DNA of 64,000 nt from Deltaproteobacteria bacterium (GTDB lineage Bacteria > Desulfobacterota > GWC2-55-46), in assembly GCA_019912665.1 (NCBI GenBank), contig JAIOIE010000021.1, forward strand, positions 135,679 to 199,678, in the 5' to 3' direction. Under the pieces are notes generated by a model. That model was not told the origin of the DNA. It saw nothing but the letters and a program-made list of their open reading frames with translations, and made no database searches. Below are positions 31,090 to 40,056 of this stretch, piece after piece. A program made the translations under genes and the position numbers. The first letter of the stretch is position 1, and each line of letters begins with the position of its first letter.

Positions 31090-31935
31090 TTAGCCCTCGC
31101 GCTGGTTCCCCCGTATTCTCTCGAACCTCTCAAGTATGACCTCGGCCCTGTACTTGTAATCGGCGGCCACCCTGTTCGAGGGATCGAGCTCCAGGACCGT
31201 ATCCCATTCCTTTATGGCGAGCTCCATCTCCTCGCTCTGGAAATACGCGATGCCGTTTCTCAAGTGCTTTTCAACCGCCTTGTCCCGCTCGGAGGCGGCC
31301 TTCTCAAGGAGCTCCTTCGCGTTCATGTATGAGGGGATTATCCTCAAAGCGGCCGTAAACTCCTCGATGGCCCTGTGGTATGCGCTCGACTCGAGATAGA
31401 CCTTGCCCTTAAGGTAATGGAGGTTGGCCAGGTCCTCGGGCGCGTCGTCCTTGGCGATGATCTTTTTCACCGCCGTGGCCGGGGCCGCGGCGGCTTTTTT
31501 CCCGGCCTGGAAAGCGGCGCCGGAGGATACCGCCGTCCTGGGCGGCGCCTGACCGGACCTCATCGCCTCGGTTACGAGATCGAGCTTGCGCCTGGCGAGC
31601 AGGTTATCGGGGTTGTACCGGAGAGAGTCCCTGTACTCAGCCGCTGCCTTCGACAGTATCCCGGCCCTTTCGTAATCCTCGGCCATATCCATGTGCCTCC
31701 TCGAGAGCTGCATGGATATGGAGTTTATGTCCTGGAGGAGTTTCCTCGAGGCCCTGTAGTTCGGGTCGCTTCTGGGTATCCTGCTCGCCTTCTCCCGGGC
31801 CTCGGACAGCCTGCCGTTCTCGTACAGCAGGACGGCCCTGTCGTATTCGGTGCCCTGCGCGTACCGCGTGGACATCTGCACGCATCCGGCCATGAGGGCG
31901 AAGAGCGCTATCGTCATAGACAGCCTAAATAACAA
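31090..31935 (-). CDS. TPR-repeat lipoprotein.
   Basis: 281 aa with a signal peptide and lipobox (LMAGC), then several tetratricopeptide-like repeats (AAEYRDSLRYNPDN..., KGKVYLESSAYHRAIEEFTAALRIIPS...). Confidence 0.7.
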   Translation of the reverse strand: MLFRLSMTIALFALMAGCVQMSTRYAQGTEYDRAVLLYENGRLSEAREKASRIPRSDPNYRASRKLLQDINSISMQLSRRHMDMAEDYERAGILSKAAAEYRDSLRYNPDNLLARRKLDLVTEAMRSGQAPPRTAVSSGAAFQAGKKAAAAPATAVKKIIAKDDAPEDLANLHYLKGKVYLESSAYHRAIEEFTAALRIIPSYMNAKELLEKAASERDKAVEKHLRNGIAYFQSEEMELAIKEWDTVLELDPSNRVAADYKYRAEVILERFERIRGNQREG

Positions 31936-33367
31936 AGCCTTCCTCCCTGAGCTCCCTGCACGCGAGGCTTACGACCCCTTCCACCTCGCCTGCCCAGCGC
32001 GGCCCGAGCTCCTTTATGTTATAGAGCGTAACGGGTTTATCGAAGCCCTTCAAGTATACGCCCCGCATCTCCTCGGCGACCACGTCCGCGGCCACCCTGC
32101 TGTAGATGAACTCGCTTACGAGTATCTCCCCGCCCCTCGCCAGGTCGGTGAGCCTCGAGGCCGTGTTGACCGGGTCTCCCACCGCGGTATACTCCATCCT
32201 GACGCTTGAGCCCATGTTCCCGACGATGACCTCGCCCGCGTCGAGACCGATGCCCATCTCAAGGGCCGTCTCTCCGCGCTCCGCCCTGAGCGAGTTCATC
32301 CTCTCGACCGCGAGCTTCACGGCCATTGCCGCCTTCACGCCCTGTTCGAGGTGCGAAAGGCTCCTTATGGGCGAGCCGAAAACGCTCATGACCGCGTCGC
32401 CTATGAACTTGTCTATCGTGCCCTCGAACCTGAAAACCATGTCGGTTACGACCGTGAAATACCTGTTGAGGAGTTCGACTATCTCCTCCGGCTCCATCTT
32501 CCTCGACATGGAGGTGAAGCCCCGGATATCCGCGAAAAAGACCGTTACCTCCCTCCTGTGGCCCCCGAGCCTTACTCGCTCCGGGTCCCTGAATATCTCG
32601 TCGGCCACGTGCCGGCTGACATAGCGGTTAAGGACCCCCCTCAGTATCTCCTTTTTCTTCAGGTCCGAGGCCATCCTGTTGAACGAGGCCACCAGGTCGC
32701 CTATCTCGTCCTTTCTCACCTCCGGGATGCGGTAGTCGAAGTTCCCCAGGGCTATTTCCCTGGTGCCCTGGAAGAGCCTGAGGACCGGCCTCAAGAGCCC
32801 CGAGGCGAGCGGGATTGAAAAAAGCGTGACTGCCCCGGCCACCATGAAACCGATTATGGTCACCCTCGTTACCGCGCGCCTTACCTGCTCCCTGATAAAG
32901 CCCTTAGAGAAGGACACTACCGTGTAGCCGACGGTCGTATCCCTGAATACTATGGGGGAGGCGAATGTAATTGACTTCTCGTCACCGTGGTCTATGGTCC
33001 ACGGTGCCTCCTCGCCGTGCCGGGCCATTATGAGACCGGTGTCGAATAACGCGAAATCGCCGCCAGCCTCGAGCACGTCCTTGTGCGCCTCGACCTCGAA
33101 CCTGTGGTTAAGGATGTAGGCGTCCAGTATTCCGGGATACTTGAGTATGTTCTGGACGGCGAGCGTCATGCCCAGCGTGTCCTTTTGCATGAATGGCATC
33201 TTGGAGCCGTTCGCGAACTCGTGGGTTATGGTCCCGGCCATTGAGCGGAGCTGCTCCTCGAGGTCGGACTTGTGCTGCAATATGAGGATCGCGCCTATGG
33301 AAACGGTGGCCGCGAAAAGGAGGGTCGAGAGTATGACCGCCAGCTTTATCTTGATGCCTATCTTCAA
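31925..33367 (-). CDS. Membrane-anchored class III adenylate/guanylate cyclase with a HAMP domain.
   Basis: 480 aa with two TM segments, a HAMP region, then a cyclase homology domain (VTVFFADIRGFTSMS...FEGTIDKFIGDAVMSVFGSP...). Confidence 0.85.
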   Translation of the reverse strand: MKIGIKIKLAVILSTLLFAATVSIGAILILQHKSDLEEQLRSMAGTITHEFANGSKMPFMQKDTLGMTLAVQNILKYPGILDAYILNHRFEVEAHKDVLEAGGDFALFDTGLIMARHGEEAPWTIDHGDEKSITFASPIVFRDTTVGYTVVSFSKGFIREQVRRAVTRVTIIGFMVAGAVTLFSIPLASGLLRPVLRLFQGTREIALGNFDYRIPEVRKDEIGDLVASFNRMASDLKKKEILRGVLNRYVSRHVADEIFRDPERVRLGGHRREVTVFFADIRGFTSMSRKMEPEEIVELLNRYFTVVTDMVFRFEGTIDKFIGDAVMSVFGSPIRSLSHLEQGVKAAMAVKLAVERMNSLRAERGETALEMGIGLDAGEVIVGNMGSSVRMEYTAVGDPVNTASRLTDLARGGEILVSEFIYSRVAADVVAEEMRGVYLKGFDKPVTLYNIKELGPRWAGEVEGVVSLACRELREEGFVI

Positions 33368-33659
33368 GTCCGACCGTCACCGATGGAAGGAAAAGCGCCA
33401 TTATGCCGGCGAGCCGCATAGCTAGACTCACCCCCGGCGCGCTAAAAAAACACAAATCGCATGTAATGCCCGTGACCGCGGTCACGGAAAAGCATTTAGG
33501 GGAAATGGGAGACTCTCGGAGAGATTAAGGCCGGTTTATTAAACCACGGGGGCGCGGCGGATTAAATCCCTTTAAGAACGGGGAAAAAGGAACTGCCGAA
33601 CGGAGCTGACGCGTGCCGTACCTCTCCAGTGCGATTACATTCCGAACACCTGATTAAAA

Positions 33660-34037
33660 AAAGCCGGAGGCTGCCGTAAGCCGGATTCTGTTCCCGGTAA
33701 AAACCGGGCGGCGGCCATTCGTCTAGGCCTGCCGTTGCCGGCAGGCTCGAGCGGCCAACCCGTTCCGCCCTCCCGAAGGAAAAGGACGGGCAGTCCTTGA
33801 TGCGGAACCTATTTGGCCTTGCACCGGGAGGGGGTTGCCAAGCCCTGCCGGTCACCCGGCAGGCTGGTGGGCTCTTACCCCGCCTTTTCACCCTTACCGC
33901 CCTTTCGGGCGGCGGTATCTTTTCTGTGGCCCTGTCCCTGGGGTCGCCCCCGGTCGCCGTTAGCGACCTCCCTGCCCTGTGGTGTCCGGACTTTCCTCCG
34001 GCCCGAAGGCCGGTGGCCGCCCGGCAGCCTCCGGCGT
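33660..34037 (-). ncRNA. rnpB: RNase P RNA (bacterial type A).
   Basis: The reverse complement contains GGAGGAAAGUCCGGAC..CACAGGGCAGGG (P4 5' strand), ACAGAAAAGAUACCGCC, GGUAAGGGUGAAAAGGCGGGGUAAGAGCCCACC, GGUGCAAGGCCAAAUAGG, GGCCUAGACGAAUGGCCGCC and ACAGAAUCCGGCUUA (P4 3' strand). The P1 helix (CCGGAGGCUGCCGG / CGGCAGCCUCCGG) closes the ends, followed by a U-run. Aligns along its length with E. coli M1 RNA. The 33562-33891 track ORF is spurious. Confidence 0.92.
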
Positions 34038-34076
34038 GTATAATATTACACTATTCGGATGAAAACTTAAAGCCCA
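34038..34076 (-). promoter_or_regulatory. Putative sigma-70 type promoter of rnpB.
   Basis: The minus strand reads TTTAAG-17nt-TAATAT-7nt to the first P1 nucleotide. Inferred from sequence only. Confidence 0.45.
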
Positions 34077-34104
34077 TACCAGAGCTGCTGCGAAGTACTC
34101 CGGG

Positions 34105-34683
34105 TCACTGCCCCCGCCGCTCTATAGCCTCGTTGGCCAGCTTGTCAGCGAGGCTGTTCTCTTCCCTGTAGACGTGGACTATCTTGGAGGTCCTGAAGCC
34201 CTTCATGAGCCGCGCCGCCTCCTCGAAAAGGGGCTTAAGCTCCTCGCTCTTGACCCTGTATGCTCCAGTCATCTGCTTTACGACAAGTTCGGAGTCGGCG
34301 AATACCTCTATGTCCCTTATGCCCATTGACCTGGCTTCTGCAAGGGCCATTACGAGGGCCTTGTACTCCGCCATGTTATTGGTAGTTACGCCGAGATACT
34401 TCCTGAGCTCCCTTACGACCTTCCCCTGCGGGTCCTTTATGACGGCGCCGGCGCCGGCCTCGCCGGGGTTGCCGCGCGACGCGCCGTCCACACGCAACTC
34501 GTAAGGCCCGGAAAGCGGGGGCGCAAAAAGGGGCTCCTGGACCGGCTCTCCGGCGAGGCCCTTCAATATGGCCCTCGCCTCGTCCTCGGTAATTCCGAGC
34601 CTTTTGATCGCGGCCCGGACGTCAAGTGTGCTGGAAAGTTCTTTAAGGAATCTCGTTACGAGGCCGCTGTCCCTTCGGGACAT
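34105..34683 (-). CDS. Ribonuclease HI-family protein (RNase H domain with an N-terminal extension).
   Basis: 192 aa; the C-terminal 130 aa carry RNase H catalytic residues in the right order (YELRVDGASRGNPG...NNMAEYKALVMAL...FADSELVV...ENSLADKLAN). Confidence 0.85.
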   Translation of the reverse strand: MSRRDSGLVTRFLKELSSTLDVRAAIKRLGITEDEARAILKGLAGEPVQEPLFAPPLSGPYELRVDGASRGNPGEAGAGAVIKDPQGKVVRELRKYLGVTTNNMAEYKALVMALAEARSMGIRDIEVFADSELVVKQMTGAYRVKSEELKPLFEEAARLMKGFRTSKIVHVYREENSLADKLANEAIERRGQ

Positions 34684-35454
34684 CTATACGGCCTCTAATT
34701 CGGCCTGGGGCAGCTCGGCGTACAGGAGCCGGTGGCAGTGGGGGCAGGAATGGATCTCTTCGGTGCCTTTCTTAAGCATTATGAAGATCTGCGGGGGGAT
34801 GTGAGTGAAGCAGCCCTGGCATATCTCTTCCTTTACAAGCACAAGCCCAAGGCCGCCCCTCCGGGACCGAATCATCTCGTATTTCCTCATTATATCCGGC
34901 CTGATGGGCGCCTTCTTCTCGTCTCTTGACTTAAGCTTTTCTTCCTGGGCCGACCTCCAGCCGTCCTTTTTGGCCTCGAGCTCGCCTGAGAGCCTGTCGA
35001 ATTCTTCCTGCCGGACCCGGAGCTCCTCTTTTTTAGCGGCAAGCGCCGCCTCTTTATCCTGGACCTTTGTCATAAGGGCGGCCTTCTCCTGCTCGCCCTG
35101 CTTTCTGGACTTGTTGGCGCCGTTTATCTCTTTTGTAAGCGCGTTGAGCTCCCTGTCGTTCTTGACGGAGTTGAGCCTGCCTTCGTCCTTCGATATCCTC
35201 TCGGCGCTCTCCCGTATCCTGTCCTCGATGCCCTTGAGCTGCTCCTTGAGGCCGGCTAGCTCCTCTTCGAGGACGGCTGCCGATTTTCCGATCCCTTCGA
35301 GCTCGGCCCCGAGCCCCTCCATCCTGCCCAGGTATTCCTTTTCCTCTTCATCCAGGGACTTTATCTCAAGGTCTATCCGCTGTATCTCTTCGAGGACTCT
35401 CAACGTCTCTATCAATAAAATGCCTCCAAGGCTGGAATTTTTTGGTGGGCCCAC
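34684..35454 (-). CDS. Coiled-coil protein with a C-terminal C4 zinc ribbon (DUF164-like).
   Basis: 256 aa with a long heptad-rich coiled coil, ending CQGCFTHIPPQ...CPHCHRLL. This architecture commonly neighbours RNase H and Nif3. Confidence 0.75.
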   Translation of the reverse strand: MGPPKNSSLGGILLIETLRVLEEIQRIDLEIKSLDEEEKEYLGRMEGLGAELEGIGKSAAVLEEELAGLKEQLKGIEDRIRESAERISKDEGRLNSVKNDRELNALTKEINGANKSRKQGEQEKAALMTKVQDKEAALAAKKEELRVRQEEFDRLSGELEAKKDGWRSAQEEKLKSRDEKKAPIRPDIMRKYEMIRSRRGGLGLVLVKEEICQGCFTHIPPQIFIMLKKGTEEIHSCPHCHRLLYAELPQAELEAV

Positions 35455-35518
35455 CTGGACTCGAACCAGGGACCGACCGGTTATGAGCCGGTGGCTCTTC
35501 CAACTGAGCTATGGGCCC
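35443..35518 (-). tRNA. tRNA with anticodon CAU. The acceptor stem fits lysidine-type tRNA-Ile2; elongator tRNA-Met is not excluded.
   Basis: Reverse complement GGGCCCAUAGCUCAGUUGGAAGAGCCACCGGCUCAUAACCGGUCGGUCCCUGGUUCGAGUCCAGGUGGGCCCACCA. A 76-nt cloverleaf with 7-bp acceptor stem, D-arm, anticodon loop CUCAUAA, T-loop UUCGAGU and encoded CCA. The G1-C72 pair and A73 discriminator exclude an initiator. C4:G69 and C5:G68 resemble E. coli ileX. Confidence 0.85.
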
Positions 35519-35840
35519 TTATGGGTTAAACTTGCGGCAAAGCAGGGGGCCCCGGAACGGAACGGATGCGGGCTGGTGAATCGCACCCCCGTGAGTCAAT
35601 ATGTTATTTTAAGAAATAAAAGCTTTCCTTGTCAAGGCGTTTCTTGGGAATTTAAGCTCCGAAAGGCGTTTTCAGCGCCTTGACAGCGAGGATTAAAAGA
35701 TTAAGGTTTAATTAGGGACCAATAAAAGGGCCCAAGTCCCGGCAAAAGGGAACCCCGCACGCGCCCTTCCTTCGCCAGCCTTCCTCAAGCTCAAACCGCT
35801 AAACGCGAAAGCCGGGGCCTTCCCAATCGAGGCAAAATCT

Positions 35841-36611
35841 ATGGATGACGGGCAGGAGAGAAAGAAAATCCTTTTTGTGGACGATGACGAGAAGCTCCGG
35901 AGTTTCTGCTCCGAGGTCCTCATGGGGGCCGGCTACAATGTGGAGGTCGCATCCAGCGGCACGGAGGCGTACGGGAAGCTCAGGGAATCGAAATTCGACC
36001 TTGTCATAACGGGCATGAGGATACCAGGGCTCGACGGCATGGGCCTTTACCTGAGCACCCTCAAGGTCTATTCAAATATGAAAGAGCGGTTCCTTTTCAT
36101 GACCGAGGACACCTGCGCCGATTTCGAAAGCCAGGAGGTCATAACAAGACAGAACGAGAAATACATAATCAAACCGTTCGACATAAAGGAGCTCCTTAAG
36201 AAGGTCGAAAGCCTGACCGGGGCCAACCTCTCGGCCTTTTTCGCGAAATACAGGGACATGAGCGAGAACAGGCGCGAGGAGAGACGGCTTTGCTGGGCCG
36301 AGGACTGCAAAGTCTTCGAAGACGGCTCGTCAACTCCCAGGCCCTTTACCCAGACGACCGACATATCGAGGCACGGAATGAGAATAAGGTACATGGGGAG
36401 CCCAGTAAAGACGGACTCGACCGTGCGTGTGATCCTCAAGCATCTCGACGTGAGGAGCACCGGCCGAATAGTCTGGTCAAACGCGATTAACGGCATTGAG
36501 GCCGCGTCAGGCCTCTCGCTTTTCGAGCCCATACCGGCAACCGCCCTCTCCATAGTCCTCCGGGGCCGGAAGACCTTCATACCGCCGCTCGTGTCGAGGG
36601 AGACGGAATAA
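35841..36611 (+). CDS. Response regulator: receiver (REC) domain fused to a C-terminal PilZ-like domain.
   Basis: 256 aa. REC hallmarks ILFVDDDEKL...DLVITGMRIPGLDG...IIKPF. The C-terminal region has PilZ-type RxxxR (RREERR) and DxSxxG (DISRHG) motifs. Confidence 0.75.
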   Translation: MDDGQERKKILFVDDDEKLRSFCSEVLMGAGYNVEVASSGTEAYGKLRESKFDLVITGMRIPGLDGMGLYLSTLKVYSNMKERFLFMTEDTCADFESQEVITRQNEKYIIKPFDIKELLKKVESLTGANLSAFFAKYRDMSENRREERRLCWAEDCKVFEDGSSTPRPFTQTTDISRHGMRIRYMGSPVKTDSTVRVILKHLDVRSTGRIVWSNAINGIEAASGLSLFEPIPATALSIVLRGRKTFIPPLVSRETE

Positions 36612-36642
36612 GCACCATGACAACGGAATAAGCACCATGACA
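36603..36642. repeat. Perfect 20-bp tandem duplication (ACGGAATAAGCACCATGACA x2) at the stop codon of the REC-PilZ gene.
   Basis: Two identical adjacent units read directly from the sequence. The first unit contains the gene's TAA stop. Confidence 0.8.
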
Positions 36643-37207
36643 GAAGTCCAGTGTGGTCATTCCTTCTTGCAAAAAGCCGATTAACGCGCTGCCGCGCGGT
36701 TTTCGAGGGGCTCGCGCTAGCCCCTCCCATCCTGTAAACGGGCCCCTGGTCGCGGAGTTTACCCTGAGTGAAGCGAAGGGCCTCGTTCTCTTCCCCGGCC
36801 CGTTCATGCTCTTCCGCCGAGCTCGACTTACCCTCATGTGTGTGTTTCAAGACACAAGTAATCTCTCATCACTTTGTTTTTGCATTTCAAACTACCAGAG
36901 GGCATAAGGTGAAGCGAACATAAAGATGGAGGAAGGGCGGGCGAGGCGAGGCAGCAGGAGCGAGGCCAAGGCCGAGCGACATAAGGCCGAGCCCGGAGGA
37001 TGGAGGCGGAACGAGAGCGGAGCCTTATGCCCAAAAAGAGCGCGGCAGCGCGCAAAAGGCCTTTTCAGAAACCGGACTTCATAAATGTCGTTTGCTTTTT
37101 CTAAAAAAAAGAAGGACTCCCACCTCTTTTTCTGACTCGTTAAAATAGGTTGAAAATAACCGTGGCTTTGGTAAATTTGTCTGCAACTCCTATTGAACAG
37201 AGGGAAA

Positions 37208-39394
37208 ATGGCGAAAGACCTGCTTTTCGAGTTAGGAACAGAAGAACTCCCGGCCGGGGTGGCGCCCAGGGCGCTTTCCGCGCTCGAAGGCTTTCTGAGG
37301 AAGGGGCTCGAATCAAGCAAGCTCAAGTTCGGCGCTATTCGGGCGCTCGGCACCCCGAGGCGGTTGACCCTCATGGTCGAGGGGCTCGACGAAAGGCAGC
37401 CCGATTCGCTCCTTGAGATCAAGGGCCCGAACACGAAGGCGGCTTATGACGCGGAAGGGAAGCCCACAGGCGCGCTCCTGGGCTTTGCGCGGTCCCAAGG
37501 CGTCCATGTATCTGAGCTAAAGAGCGTAAAGACGGACAAGGGCGAATACGTAATGGCGATAAAGGAGGTCAAGGGCGAGGCCACCTCAAGGATACTCCCT
37601 GACGTCGTCGCCGACATGCTCTCAAGGGACTTCCTCCCCAAGTCCATGAGGTGGGGTTCCCACGATATCTCGTTCTCCCGCCCCATCCACTGGATTCTCC
37701 TCCTCTTCGGGGGGGAACCGGTCGATTTCAGCCACGGACACATAAAGAGCTCCAGGGTCACATACGGCCACAGATTTCTTTCGGAGCGCGAGGATTCGAA
37801 GCTCAGGCCCGTAAAGGTCGCCTCCATTGAGTCGTACCTCGAAGGGCTCAAAAAAAGCTTTGTGATAGCAGACCAGGCCGAGAGGAAACGCATCATATCC
37901 GAAGGCATCGAAAAGGCCGCCAGGGAAGCGGGCGGGAGCGTAATGCCAGACGAGGCGCTCCTTGAGGAGGTTTCGTGGCTTGTAGAATACCCTGTCGTCG
38001 TTCGGGGCTCATTTGACCGCGAGTTCCTGGACCTCCCCAGGGACATAGTCGTTAACGCCATGAGGGAGCATCAGAGGTACTTCTCCATCCTTAATGATAA
38101 AGGCGGGCTCCTCCCCTATTTCATAACGGTCGCCAACACGCTTGCCAAGGACATGGATATCGTAAGGAAAGGCAACGAGCGGGTCTTGAGGGCCAGGCTC
38201 AACGACGCCAAATTCTACTACGAGCAGGACGTAAGAAAGCCACTTGCGGAAATGGCCGAAAAGCTCAAGGGCGTCGTATTCCAGGCCAAGCTCGGCACAT
38301 CTTACGAGAAGGCCGAAAGGTTTACGGCCCTCGCCCTTGCGATAGGCGGAAAGGCCGGCTTTTCAAGGCCGATGGACGAGGGCGAGAAGCCCTCCGATTA
38401 CCTGACGGAGAGCTTCAACCCCGCGCGGTTCGACCGTAGCGCGATTGACCCAGGCCTCTTTCAGAAGCTCGTCATAGGCAGGGCCGCCATGCTATCGAAA
38501 GCCGACCTCACATCCGGGGTAGTCGGGGAGTTTCCCAAGCTCCAGGGCGTAATGGGCTCGGTCTACGCAGGGAAGGGACGCGAGGCGCCGGAGGTGTGCG
38601 CGGCCATTTACGAACATTACATGCCGGTCTCGTCGGGTGGAGAGCTCCCCGCCTCGATTGCGGGCTCAATCGTAAGCATAGCGGACAAGACCGACACCAT
38701 AGCGGGCTGCTTCGGGGTAGGCCTCATCCCGACCGGCGCTCAGGACCCTTATGCGCTACGGAGACAAGCCCTCGGCATAATAGCCATCATCCTTGAGAAG
38801 GACCTCCGCCTCCCCATTGACGGGCTCGTGGATGAGGCGCTCAAGCTCCTCGCGCCGAAGCTCAAGAGGCCCGCCAATGAAGTCCGCTCCGAGGTGCTCG
38901 ATTTCTTCAAGGAGCGGCTCCGTAACCAGCTCCTCTCCCAGGGGCTTTCGCACGACTCGATAGATGCCGTGCTCTCCGCCCCCTGGCTCGACCTCCCGGA
39001 CGCGGTAAGGAGGATAAAAGCGCTTGAGGGATTCAAGACGCACCCGGACGCGGGAAGGCTCGTGACTGCGTTCAAGAGGGTCTCGAACATACTTAAGAGT
39101 GTCGAGCCGGGCGAGGGCGGACCTGATCCGGCGCTACTGACCGAGCCGGCAGAAGCCGCCTTGGAAAAGGCCAGGGCGGAGATAGCCCCGGTAATGGAGG
39201 AGCGCCGGAAACTTGGCGAATACGCAGGAGCCTTCGAGGCGCTGGCCTCGATAAAGGACAGGATAGACTCCTTCTTTGACGAGGTCATGGTCATGGTCGA
39301 GGACGAGAAAATAAAGAGGAACCGCCTTAAGCTCCTCGCCTCGGTAAGGGATCTCTATTCCGGCATTGCCGATCTTTCTAAATTGACGGTATAG
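37208..39394 (+). CDS. glyS: Glycine--tRNA ligase beta subunit.
   Basis: MAKDLLFELGTEELPAG... is the canonical GlyS N-terminus, giving about 729 aa. Start placed at the ATG at 37208 (GAGGGA SD), since the track ORF begins 15 nt earlier. No glyQ is adjacent. Confidence 0.93.
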   Translation: MAKDLLFELGTEELPAGVAPRALSALEGFLRKGLESSKLKFGAIRALGTPRRLTLMVEGLDERQPDSLLEIKGPNTKAAYDAEGKPTGALLGFARSQGVHVSELKSVKTDKGEYVMAIKEVKGEATSRILPDVVADMLSRDFLPKSMRWGSHDISFSRPIHWILLLFGGEPVDFSHGHIKSSRVTYGHRFLSEREDSKLRPVKVASIESYLEGLKKSFVIADQAERKRIISEGIEKAAREAGGSVMPDEALLEEVSWLVEYPVVVRGSFDREFLDLPRDIVVNAMREHQRYFSILNDKGGLLPYFITVANTLAKDMDIVRKGNERVLRARLNDAKFYYEQDVRKPLAEMAEKLKGVVFQAKLGTSYEKAERFTALALAIGGKAGFSRPMDEGEKPSDYLTESFNPARFDRSAIDPGLFQKLVIGRAAMLSKADLTSGVVGEFPKLQGVMGSVYAGKGREAPEVCAAIYEHYMPVSSGGELPASIAGSIVSIADKTDTIAGCFGVGLIPTGAQDPYALRRQALGIIAIILEKDLRLPIDGLVDEALKLLAPKLKRPANEVRSEVLDFFKERLRNQLLSQGLSHDSIDAVLSAPWLDLPDAVRRIKALEGFKTHPDAGRLVTAFKRVSNILKSVEPGEGGPDPALLTEPAEAALEKARAEIAPVMEERRKLGEYAGAFEALASIKDRIDSFFDEVMVMVEDEKIKRNRLKLLASVRDLYSGIADLSKLTV

Positions 39395-39498
39395 CGATCC
39401 TCCAGGCGGCTTGAGGCTTCACGGACGGATTTCCTGACATATGTCTTAAACATCCATTCCAGTTCATGGTATCTTAAAAGTACCCTGCAGGAGGGAAG

Positions 39499-40056
39499 AT
39501 GGATTTCAAGCTGGTTGCCGCAGCATTCATATTGGCCGCAACACCGGCTTTCGCCGAAACAGGTCAAATGGAAGAGGCCTCCAATGCCGCGGCCGAAATA
39601 ATAGATATGCGCTCAAGCCTTGCAAAGGCCTTCATAGAGCCTGGCATGGAAATAACGCCGGAAACTTTCAAGAACATTTGCGGCAGGGTGGGGGCCCGCG
39701 TAAAGGAACTCTCCGAAACCGGGGGGATGAAGATACGCCACGCTACTGAAAAGTACAGAAACCCGGCTAACAAGGCGGCCTCTGAAGAGGCCGCGCTTAT
39801 AAAAAGGTTCGCGGACGAGAAAGACCTGAACGAGGTCCGGGACGAGCTGATAATCGACGGAAAATCCTACTTCCGCGCAACCAGGCCCATATTCGTCGAG
39901 GAGGCTTGCCTCGCCTGCCACGGCGACAGGGACGCGAGGCCCGCTTTCATAAAGGAGAAATATCCGGACGACAAGGCATTCGGATACAGGCCCGGCGACC
40001 TACGCGGCGTCATCTCCGTAATGGCGCCTGAAAACCCCGAAGGAGAAAAGAGATGA
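39499..40056 (+). CDS. Secreted DUF3365-family protein with a single CXXCH haem motif.
   Basis: 185 aa with a signal peptide and a CLACHG motif. Translationally coupled (ATGA overlap at 40053-40056) to the downstream cytochrome c'. Confidence 0.65.
   Translation: MDFKLVAAAFILAATPAFAETGQMEEASNAAAEIIDMRSSLAKAFIEPGMEITPETFKNICGRVGARVKELSETGGMKIRHATEKYRNPANKAASEEAALIKRFADEKDLNEVRDELIIDGKSYFRATRPIFVEEACLACHGDRDARPAFIKEKYPDDKAFGYRPGDLRGVISVMAPENPEGEKR

Noticed and set aside
33562-33891. 109-aa minus-strand ORF.
   Set aside because: It lies entirely within the RNase P RNA gene. The region is explained by rnpB.
36068-36850. 260-aa minus-strand ORF.
   Set aside because: It is antisense to the REC-PilZ gene and to intergenic DNA, with no domain signatures.
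36926-37084. 52-codon Arg/Lys-rich ORF within the purine-rich tract upstream of glyS.
   Set aside because: Its composition is a direct consequence of the AGG/GAG-rich DNA. It has a weak SD (AAGGTG at 12 nt spacing), and no support for it exists. It is mentioned under the tract finding only.
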